Of a stretch of DNA of 34,335 nucleotides, positions 20,414 through 28,594 are shown piece by piece. The notes below the pieces were generated by a model. That model saw only the letters and a list, made by a program, of their open reading frames with translations. It was not told the DNA's origin and did not search any database. The first letter of the stretch is position 1. The number at the start of each line of letters is the position of its first letter. The stretch comes from an uncultured Methanosarcinales archaeon. Its GTDB lineage: Archaea > Nanobdellota > Nanobdellia > Woesearchaeales > DSVV01. The DNA lies in the NCBI GenBank assembly GCA_964593285.1, contig CAZQHZ010000014.1, forward strand, positions 1 to 34,335, given 5' to 3'. The position numbers and the translations under genes are program-made.

Positions 20414-21439
20414 TTAATCTTTCCAATCATTTCTAATAAATTTTTTTACATGCTCTTTTACAACATCATCATTTCCTAAAGCTGCATGTAAACTCATATC
20501 TGGCGAATATTTTGATGCAATAACTTTTCTTCCTAAAGCTTCTGCCATTGACCTAATATGATGCGGCGCACCACCACAGCAAAGTCCAATAAAATTAATA
20601 CCTAAATTTTTAGCTTCAATTGCAAATTCGGCACATTCTTCTCTAGTCATAAGATATGGTTCTAGAAAAATTGGAAAAGCGTTTTTTCCATCTTTTTTTT
20701 TTAATTTTTGAAAAGTTGGATATTCATTAGTAGTATTATATGGTACTGGAAGTGCTGCAACTGGACATTTTACTTTTTCTCTAATTCGCTTTAGTATAGG
20801 AAGCATTGTTTTTGGTCCCATGCCACAATTTAAACCAACAACATCAGCACCTTCTTCTTCTAATTGCTTACATGCATCTTCAAAAGAATGACCTTCTATT
20901 GTCTTTTCAGTAAATGGTGCAAAATTAATAACTGCAGGTAAATTAAATGATTTTATAACTTTTAATGCAATTCTTGCTTCTTCTAAATAAGAAATTGTTT
21001 CTGCAATAATTAAATCAGCCCCTTTCTCTTTTGCCCACCTAACTTGTTCTTCATACATAGCTTCAACAATTGGTGCAGTTTCATCATGATTTGTATGATC
21101 ATACACCCAAGTATTACAAATGTTACCAGCCATTAAAACATTACCCTTAACTGCAACTTCTTTTGCAATTTTTAATGCATTTCTATTCATTGCTTCTAAA
21201 TCATGTTCTCTACCAATTGTTTTTAGTTTATCACGATGAGCATAATAAGTAAAAGCAACAATTATATCAGAACCACAATTTAAAAATTCTTTATGTAATT
21301 CAGTTACTGCATTTGGATAATCTAAAACCACTTCTGGAACAAATGCCCCAGCTTTTAAATATCCACGTCTTTCTAATTCAAATAAATATCCTTCAGCACA
21401 AAGGATAAAATCACTTTTAAGTTTATTAAAAAAATCCAT
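20414..21439 (-). CDS. homocysteine S-methyltransferase family protein (BHMT-like)
   Basis: GYLFELERRGYLKAG, AFTYYAH, LIIAET, Zn ligands GLNC and GLCCG. Confidence 0.92.
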   Translation of the reverse strand: MDFFNKLKSDFILCAEGYLFELERRGYLKAGAFVPEVVLDYPNAVTELHKEFLNCGSDIIVAFTYYAHRDKLKTIGREHDLEAMNRNALKIAKEVAVKGNVLMAGNICNTWVYDHTNHDETAPIVEAMYEEQVRWAKEKGADLIIAETISYLEEARIALKVIKSFNLPAVINFAPFTEKTIEGHSFEDACKQLEEEGADVVGLNCGMGPKTMLPILKRIREKVKCPVAALPVPYNTTNEYPTFQKLKKKDGKNAFPIFLEPYLMTREECAEFAIEAKNLGINFIGLCCGGAPHHIRSMAEALGRKVIASKYSPDMSLHAALGNDDVVKEHVKKFIRNDWKD

Positions 21440-21551
21440 AAATTAAATTAAGTGATAATTTATATAAAAACGTTTCTATTTTAGTTTAAATAAATATAAT
21501 TTATTTAAAAAATACGAAAAGTTTAAATCTTAGATAGTAAATAACTAATTT

Positions 21552-21770
21552 ATGGGATTATTCCATCTTATAGGTGTTTTAATTGGTGCAATAATAGTAT
21601 TTGCAACAAAAATTTTTTGGATAACTACATGTTATATAACTTCAGAATATTTTGAAACATTAAATGTAGAAATTTGTCATAATTTTGAAAACATAATATT
21701 TTGGTTTGGAATAATTATAATTAGTTTTTCAGTATTAGGATTTATTTTAAAAATGTTTAAAAGTAAATAA
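21552..21770 (+). CDS. small two-TM membrane protein
   Basis: Two hydrophobic segments, Cys pair in the loop; CGAAAAGTTTAAAT promoter about 24 nt upstream. Confidence 0.65.
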   Translation: MGLFHLIGVLIGAIIVFATKIFWITTCYITSEYFETLNVEICHNFENIIFWFGIIIISFSVLGFILKMFKSK

Positions 21771-21829
21771 ATTTAATCTTAATAAAATAGAAAAAATAAA
21801 ATATTAAAAATGATTATGTTTTATAATAT

Positions 21830-22480
21830 TCATTCAACGTATTTTATTCCAATAAATTTTTCATTTTTTCTATAAGGACTTACTTGATATATTTTATAAT
21901 GTGCTTTTTTAACTTCACTTGTATTTTTTTTTATTGAATTTAATACATCTAAATTAGGTATCTGACCAAGTGAGATTCCATAAATTTGAGTAATACCTGA
22001 AAATAAATCAAATGCATAATCAAGTGGATCATCAGATAATTTCTCAGTAACTTTGTATTTTGCTTCAACATAATCATGCCTTCTATAAGTGAATTTTTTT
22101 AAACTATTATTGATATCTTTAGAACATTTATCAGTTTTTCTATTTGTTGAATTAATAATATGTAAAACATTATTGTGAGCCTGACTATAATTTTTATTTT
22201 TTATATAGTTATTAATCCTATTAATTTTAGATTCATATTTGTTTAAGCATAATTTTGCATCCATTTGTTCTTCTTGTCTTTTTAAATTAGATACTAATTC
22301 ATCTAAACTTGAAGGTTTTTTATTTATTTTTTGAACATTTTTTTGTATTACCATATTAGATTTTGCATAATCTTTTGATTTAAGTCTATCACCTCCAGTA
22401 TAATATGTTTCTTGTGTAATACAACCAGATAAACTTAATGCAACTAATCCACAAGCAATTACATTTTTAATATAATTCAT
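21830..22480 (-). CDS. putative lipoprotein or secreted protein
   Basis: Start moved to the ATG at 22480 after SD AGGTGA; signal peptide with lipobox LSGC. Confidence 0.7.
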   Translation of the reverse strand: MNYIKNVIACGLVALSLSGCITQETYYTGGDRLKSKDYAKSNMVIQKNVQKINKKPSSLDELVSNLKRQEEQMDAKLCLNKYESKINRINNYIKNKNYSQAHNNVLHIINSTNRKTDKCSKDINNSLKKFTYRRHDYVEAKYKVTEKLSDDPLDYAFDLFSGITQIYGISLGQIPNLDVLNSIKKNTSEVKKAHYKIYQVSPYRKNEKFIGIKYVE

Positions 22481-22492
22481 TTTTATCACCTA

Positions 22493-23959
22493 TTATCTTA
22501 AATAAATATTTGAAAACAACCCCTTATTTTTTTCATACTGAATTTTTTGTTCAAGATCTTTTTGCATATCTAATGCTCGTTTTAATTGATTATTATCTCC
22601 TGTTGTTGCTATTTTATTAATTTTTAAAAATTCATCAGCATATTGCTCTCTTTTTGCATTTGCATATCTTGAAATAAGTTTTTGAAATCGTTTTTCATAA
22701 TCTATTGCTTGATTTATAATGTTATTTTTTTCTGGAAAATTTTCATTTCTTAGTTTTTCAATAATTTTTTTATTATCTTTATGACTTTCTATCATTTTAT
22801 ATGGATTATTACTTCTCAATGAATTTTCATAAGAATTTAATTCATTTTTATATGATTGAATTAATTCAGAATATGGATTTTTCTTTTCTTCGATTTTTTT
22901 GGAACTTTTAATTGAATTTTTTTTTGGTTGTGAATGATTATAAGATTTAGAAACAACATCGCTAATTTCAACAGTTTTAGTATATGATTGATTAGCGTCA
23001 ATATTTTTATTTTTATCAAAACAGCCATTAATTGAATATATTAAAAAAGAAGTTACAATAATTCCTGCAACAATTCCTCTCTTTATTTTTGTTGGAATTA
23101 ATTTAATTATTTGTGAAAATTCAGATTCATCATCAAAAGAATAATTAGGAGTTTCTTGATTAATATTTCTGAAATTATCAATAGGATTAGTATAATTTTC
23201 ATCAATATTATTATAATCTACTTTAGGTTTATCCTCTTTTTGTATTTTTCTTTTTTTAAAATTTATTTTTTTATTGTCTTTTGAAGATAATCCTGATTTT
23301 TTTGTTTGTTTTTTTTGATTAACTTTCTTTTTAATACAAAAATTTTGTTGATTTTTTGTAGTTTCATTAATTTTGTTTGATTTTAAATATTCTAAAATAA
23401 CTTTATTTTTTTTATTAGTTGGTAAAATATTTAATGTATCATATAAAAATTTTAAAGGCTTTTTTTTAGAATTATTAAAAGAGAATAATTTTTTATCATC
23501 AAGTTTTTTATATAAATCATTAACCAAAATTAAAGATTCAATATCGTATACATCATTACAATTATTAATCAACCAACAAATATTTTTTTGATTTAATTCG
23601 TTTTCAATAATATGTGATAATATTTTTATTTCATTAAAGTCTTTATTATTTTTTTGATTTTGTCTTTTATTTTTTTTTGCATTTAGATTTTTATCTAATA
23701 TAAGATAATTTATTTCTTCAATTGACAATAATTTATCTTCATTAAATTTTGGAATTAAATATCTAATTAAATCATTTCCTACAATACTTGCAAATGAAGA
23801 ATCTTTTTCAACAATTTTTTTTAGATGATTTTTATTTAAATTATCTGTAAAATATTTTACAATATAATTTTTATCTAAAAAATCTAAATCAAAAACATCT
23901 TTTCTTTTTTTTGTTTTTAAAATTATATCTTCTAAAATTATTCTTTCATTTATTTTCAT
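22493..23959 (-). CDS. single-pass membrane protein, hypothetical
   Basis: 488 aa; K/N-rich N-terminal region, TM GIVAGIIVTSFLIYSI, C-terminal helical region. Confidence 0.7.
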   Translation of the reverse strand: MKINERIILEDIILKTKKRKDVFDLDFLDKNYIVKYFTDNLNKNHLKKIVEKDSSFASIVGNDLIRYLIPKFNEDKLLSIEEINYLILDKNLNAKKNKRQNQKNNKDFNEIKILSHIIENELNQKNICWLINNCNDVYDIESLILVNDLYKKLDDKKLFSFNNSKKKPLKFLYDTLNILPTNKKNKVILEYLKSNKINETTKNQQNFCIKKKVNQKKQTKKSGLSSKDNKKINFKKRKIQKEDKPKVDYNNIDENYTNPIDNFRNINQETPNYSFDDESEFSQIIKLIPTKIKRGIVAGIIVTSFLIYSINGCFDKNKNIDANQSYTKTVEISDVVSKSYNHSQPKKNSIKSSKKIEEKKNPYSELIQSYKNELNSYENSLRSNNPYKMIESHKDNKKIIEKLRNENFPEKNNIINQAIDYEKRFQKLISRYANAKREQYADEFLKINKIATTGDNNQLKRALDMQKDLEQKIQYEKNKGLFSNIYLR

Positions 23960-24003
23960 AACTTTAATTAAGTTATTTTTATTAATTAAGTTTTAGCAAA
24001 AAA

Positions 24004-24044
24004 AATTGAAAATTTTTCGGATTTTTTTTATAAAAGTTTATTAA
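24004..24044 (+). promoter_or_regulatory. operator plus BRE/TATA promoter, copy 1
   Basis: AATTGAAAATTTTTCGG-N12-AAAGTTTATTAA, same arrangement as 28532-28572. Confidence 0.7.
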
Positions 24045-24104
24045 GAACATTTGACTAACAAAACGTAAGGTAAATAATACAAAATATACTCATGGGTGAT
24101 AATC

Positions 24105-25226
24105 ATGCAAGATTATGAAGATAATATTAAAAAAGAAAACAAAAGGCCAAAAAAACTTTTTTTAAATGAAGATGAAAAACCAAAATACATTCCAAAAAAA
24201 TTATTTAATAAAGAATATAAAAATTACTCTAATGATACACAAGATACTATATCTAATAATTTTGATGAAATAATAAAGCAAGAAAATATTAATGAACCAG
24301 AAATTGAAAAACTTTATAATTTTAACAATCAAAACTATCCAATATCAACTATTTCAATCGATGAACTTGATAATTGTGTTAAAAATGTAGGAATAGGACA
24401 AAAAAAACTTGAGACAATTATATTAAAAAATAATTCTAAAATTTATAAATATTCTAATTTAGCATATAATGAAATAAAAAAATTAATGGGATTTAAAAAA
24501 CCACAAGAAGAGACAATATTAGATATTTTCATGGAACAACAAGATAATGTGTCATATATGAATTCTGTTTTAGTTAATCTTATTAGGAAACATGAGCCTG
24601 AAATTTTAAAATATAATCAAGAACTTGAAAATGCAATAAATCAGGCTGTTTATTACAATAAAAGTAAAGAATTTTATAGACAAAAATCTCCAAAAGCAAT
24701 TCAAACATTTAATGAAGCACAAAATACATTATCAAAAATTGAAAGGAAAAAAGATCCAGAAAAATATTATAATGTTTTAAAAAATAAAGAAAAAGCAAAA
24801 TACAATTTAATAGAAATGAGAACAAATTGCTTTTTATCAGATATGTTTTCTACGCACTATGAAAAAGCAATTGATAAAATGGTATACATACATGAAATAA
24901 GCAGTAATTTAATGTCAAGTGTTAAAGGAATTGCAACAAAAACTAAATTATATCAAGAAATGTTATATAATACTGTTAAAGATTGGCAAAGAATTACTGA
25001 TCTTAGTATGTCAGTAAAAGCTGTAAGCAAAGGAGTATTAAGCTTATCTAATTATCATAAACAAATGGAAGAAATGTATATAAAATCAGTTAAATCAATA
25101 ATTGAATGCCAAAATCAAAATATTGAAGGAAAAATGATTGATAAATCTTTAAAAAATCTTTCATCCTTATCATCTGAAGTGGATAAAAGTATGTATAATA
25201 CTACAAAAATATATTTAGATAAATAA
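24105..25226 (+). CDS. hypothetical alpha-helical/coiled-coil protein
   Basis: Start moved to ATG 24105 after SD GGGTGA; long amphipathic helices; first gene of the Ubl-JAB unit. Confidence 0.75.
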   Translation: MQDYEDNIKKENKRPKKLFLNEDEKPKYIPKKLFNKEYKNYSNDTQDTISNNFDEIIKQENINEPEIEKLYNFNNQNYPISTISIDELDNCVKNVGIGQKKLETIILKNNSKIYKYSNLAYNEIKKLMGFKKPQEETILDIFMEQQDNVSYMNSVLVNLIRKHEPEILKYNQELENAINQAVYYNKSKEFYRQKSPKAIQTFNEAQNTLSKIERKKDPEKYYNVLKNKEKAKYNLIEMRTNCFLSDMFSTHYEKAIDKMVYIHEISSNLMSSVKGIATKTKLYQEMLYNTVKDWQRITDLSMSVKAVSKGVLSLSNYHKQMEEMYIKSVKSIIECQNQNIEGKMIDKSLKNLSSLSSEVDKSMYNTTKIYLDK

Positions 25227-25255
25227 AATAAATAAAACAAATGGGGGAGATAAAA

Positions 25256-25702
25256 ATGAGTTTAGATTTATTATTGGGGGTTTTATACCCAAATGACAAA
25301 AAAAAAAATGAAAGTATTAAAAGGGTTTTGCCAGAGGAATATTATGGAATAGAAGTTTCAAATTTTGTAGAAAGAATGCTTGATTCAGAACCTGATTTTT
25401 ATAATCCAACAAAATATACCGAAGATGAAGAAGAATTATGTGACAAAGCAATAGAAAATATTAATTTTTACCAGAATCGAAATGATACTCAAATGATAAT
25501 AAAAGCCAATACAAATGAAAATTCAGAATATTATCCTGAAAAAATAAATCTTAACATAAAAGATGAATTATGTGAATATACTGGTGATATTGTACAACAA
25601 AAAACGATGAAGCTTCCAAATGGAGAAGAAAAATATGTAAGTGTAATTGAAATGTATATAAATTTTGATGCAACAGGTGGAGCAAAAAAAAATTATAAAT
25701 AA
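25256..25702 (+). CDS. candidate ubiquitin-like modifier precursor (GG plus AKKNYK tail)
   Basis: C-terminus VIEMYINFDATGG-AKKNYK; lies directly upstream of a JAB protease; start likely ATG 25256 after SD GGGGAG. The ORF is solid, the Ubl call is inference. Confidence 0.5.
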   Translation: MSLDLLLGVLYPNDKKKNESIKRVLPEEYYGIEVSNFVERMLDSEPDFYNPTKYTEDEEELCDKAIENINFYQNRNDTQMIIKANTNENSEYYPEKINLNIKDELCEYTGDIVQQKTMKLPNGEEKYVSVIEMYINFDATGGAKKNYK

Positions 25703-25738
25703 ATTTTTTATTTTTTTATATTTTTTAAGGTGTTATAA

Positions 25739-27988
25739 ATGGATGAAGCAGTTGAATTTGCCAAAGAAATTCTTAAAAAAAATAATAGAATTAATGAATA
25801 TGATTTTAATAAAGGAATTGATAAATTTGATACATCTACAATAGATTATAAAGAAAAAATAACACTTGATTCTCTTCTTGAAACTGATTATAGATCGTAT
25901 CAAGATTATGTTAATCCAAGAAATCCACTAATGCCACTTGAATTTTATAGATTAGCAATTGAAAATGCAAAAAATTTATCTAAATATGAAAAAAATGGTG
26001 AATTTGATTCTTTAGCATATGAAAATAGTAAAGAAAAAGAGATTAGTGATAAACTTTTAAAAGAATATAAAAATAGGCAAATTGCAAGAAACATAAACAA
26101 AAAAATAAACAAACATGTTTTTAATGAAATATCAAATGTTATGATTGATACATATGCAGTTGAAAAAATATATACCTTAATAGATCAAGTTTATGAACTA
26201 TCAAGAGAAAAACTAAATGATAGTATTGAATGTGAATTCTATTTATTATCAAAGCAAGATGAAAACGGACACAATATCATAAAAGATATATTTTTTGAAG
26301 CACCACAATATAATATACAAACAAGATGCGAAGGACTTTTAAAAGATGAAACAAGAAAAATTTTAGATAAGAAAAAAATTGATTATGATATTTTAGGTTG
26401 GAGTCATTCACATGGTAATTTAGGATTATTTTTTTCACTATCAGATGATGTAGTAATAAATATAAGTAAACACATGTCACTATTAAACCCAAAAATTAAC
26501 TATGAAAATGAAACATTTACAATAGAAAATAAAGTTCCAATATCTATTGTATTTAATAGATCAAAAAAAAATCCCCCTTATAGAGCAACAATAGATAAAC
26601 CAAGAGTAGTGTATAATAATAATAATAATAATAATGAAATATTAAGAATAAAAGAAGATAAAATAGATATCGCAAACACCTATGAAAATAATTTTTCAAA
26701 TAAATGTATATCATTAAATGTTATAAAAGATCCTGAAAATAAAAAAGTTGATGTTAATTATATTAGGGATATGGTTGACAAATATATTATTTCTTATTAT
26801 AAAAACCCTGTAAAATTTGCTTTAGATACAGGAAGAAGTCCTATTAGAGATAAAGTTTATATTGGTAATAAATACAAAAACATAAAACGAGAATATGAAA
26901 TTAATCCAAACACTATTTTTGTAGATCCTGTTAAAAAAGTAAGATTTGATCCAAAAAAATTCATTGAAGATTATGAAAAAAATATACAAAAAGAAGAAAA
27001 AGAAGAAGAAAATAAAAATAAACCAGAAAATAAAACAATTGATGTTGATTTTGAAATTATAGACGAGAAAAAACAAGAAGTAAAAAATCAAAAAAAATTA
27101 GAAGATAAACTAAAAGATAAAACAATTAATAATAATAATAATAATAATAAACAAAACGAAATAAATAATGAAAATTATAAAATTAATGATAAAAATATAA
27201 ATAGTAATTTGTTATCAAGAATAGTTTCATATACTAAAAATTTTTTTAAAAAACAAAAATCAGAAATTAAATCAAAACAAAATTATCAAAAACAAAATTA
27301 TGAAAATTTAAAATATAATAAAAAAAATAAAACAAAAAACAATTTTTATAATATTTTTCAAAAATCAAAAATTAAAAAACCAAAAAAATTATTTAATACA
27401 AATAATAATAATTTAGAAAAAAAAAATAAATCATCCGGAAATCTTTCAGATTTAGTGAAAAAATTTAGCAAAAAAATATTTTCCCTTGAAGAAAATAATT
27501 ATAAATTAAATCAAGAATGTCTTTTTCTTCAAGAAAGTTATATAAAACTTTTAGATGAATACCAAAGTCTTGAAAACAAAATAAAAAATAATAAAATTTA
27601 CTATAATAATAATAATAATAATAATAATATAAAAAATAACAATTACAAACAAAATTATAGAACTGCAATAAAAGACTATCATTATAAATATTCAAATCAT
27701 GATTCAAATCTTGGATTAATTTCTAAAATGCTTTCAGGAGACTATAGAGGATCAATTGATAATATAAAAAGAGGAGAATTAACTGAAAAACCAAAAGAAA
27801 AAAGATTATGGAAATGGACTGAAAGATTTGAAGCTTTAGCTGAAATGCACAAAAAAGACAAAAATTATTTTAAAAATATGGATACGAATGCAAAAAATGA
27901 ATTATTAAATATTATAAAAAATAACACTTACTTAACAAGAAAACACAAAAACATTAAAAAAAAAATCTTACAAATGATTGAAACATAA
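25739..27988 (+). CDS. JAB/MPN+ metalloprotease domain protein with long low-complexity C-terminal extension
   Basis: IECEFYLL followed by ILGWSHSHGNLGLFFSLSDD, matching the JAMM motif E..HxH-x7-S-x2-D; PISIVFN strand. Confidence 0.85.
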   Translation: MDEAVEFAKEILKKNNRINEYDFNKGIDKFDTSTIDYKEKITLDSLLETDYRSYQDYVNPRNPLMPLEFYRLAIENAKNLSKYEKNGEFDSLAYENSKEKEISDKLLKEYKNRQIARNINKKINKHVFNEISNVMIDTYAVEKIYTLIDQVYELSREKLNDSIECEFYLLSKQDENGHNIIKDIFFEAPQYNIQTRCEGLLKDETRKILDKKKIDYDILGWSHSHGNLGLFFSLSDDVVINISKHMSLLNPKINYENETFTIENKVPISIVFNRSKKNPPYRATIDKPRVVYNNNNNNNEILRIKEDKIDIANTYENNFSNKCISLNVIKDPENKKVDVNYIRDMVDKYIISYYKNPVKFALDTGRSPIRDKVYIGNKYKNIKREYEINPNTIFVDPVKKVRFDPKKFIEDYEKNIQKEEKEEENKNKPENKTIDVDFEIIDEKKQEVKNQKKLEDKLKDKTINNNNNNNKQNEINNENYKINDKNINSNLLSRIVSYTKNFFKKQKSEIKSKQNYQKQNYENLKYNKKNKTKNNFYNIFQKSKIKKPKKLFNTNNNNLEKKNKSSGNLSDLVKKFSKKIFSLEENNYKLNQECLFLQESYIKLLDEYQSLENKIKNNKIYYNNNNNNNNIKNNNYKQNYRTAIKDYHYKYSNHDSNLGLISKMLSGDYRGSIDNIKRGELTEKPKEKRLWKWTERFEALAEMHKKDKNYFKNMDTNAKNELLNIIKNNTYLTRKHKNIKKKILQMIET

Positions 27989-28061
27989 ATAATTTTTAAT
28001 AAAAAAATAAATATTATGTTTTTTATTTTATTTACAAGGTAATATAAATGAAGGAAAAAAT

Positions 28062-28377
28062 ATGATTGTTGATGTAGATTATGAAATATTAGATAATAAT
28101 ATTAAAAAACCAAAGATCAAAAAATATGAAAAAAATAATAATCAAGATGTGAGGGAAAATAATCAAACCAAAAATATTTCTGATTTAGTAACAAAATTAA
28201 ATAAAAAAATATCTGTTTATGAAAAAATAATTATGAATTAAATCAAGAATGTCTTTTTCTTCAAGAAATTTATATAAAGTTTTTAGATGAATACAAAAGT
28301 CTTGAAAATAAAATAAACAATAATAATAATAATATAATAATGATGCAAATTATAACTAAAATTAAACATTATAAATA
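28062..28377 (+). pseudogene. degenerate, frameshifted partial duplicate of the JAB gene C-terminal region
   Basis: MIVDVDYEILD resembles TIDVDFEIID; NISDLVTKLNKKI resembles NLSDLVKKFSKKI; after a 1-nt deletion near 28221-28228 the other frame reads NNYELNQECLFLQEIYIKFLDEYKSLENKI, nearly identical to 27494-27584. Confidence 0.75.
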
Positions 28378-28413
28378 ATTGAAAATTTTTCGGTTTTTTC
28401 CTCTGAAAGTTTA

Positions 28414-28513
28414 NNNNNNNNNNNNNNNNNNNNNNNNNNNNNNNNNNNNNNNNNNNNNNNNNNNNNNNNNNNNNNNNNNNNNNNNNNNNNNNNNNNNNNN
28501 NNNNNNNNNNNNN
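28414..28513. other. scaffold gap (100 N) flanked by an identical 55-bp overlap
   Basis: 28359-28413 is identical to 28514-28568. Confidence 0.95.
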
Positions 28514-28531
28514 AAATTAAACATTATAAAT

Positions 28532-28572
28532 AATTGAAAATTTTTCGGTTTTTTCCTCTGAAAGTTTATTAA
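28532..28572 (+). promoter_or_regulatory. operator plus BRE/TATA promoter, copy 2
   Basis: AATTGAAAATTTTTCGG-N12-AAAGTTTATTAA; TATA about 23 nt upstream of ATG 28595. Confidence 0.7.
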
Positions 28573-28594
28573 TAATTATTGCTAATATTATTTT

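Noticed and set aside
28359..28568. 55-bp direct repeat flanking the N gap as a biological repeat, CRISPR or att site
   Set aside because: An exact overlap abutting both sides of a 100-N gap is typical of an assembler k-mer overlap; it is probably a single copy, though hidden sequence in the gap cannot be excluded
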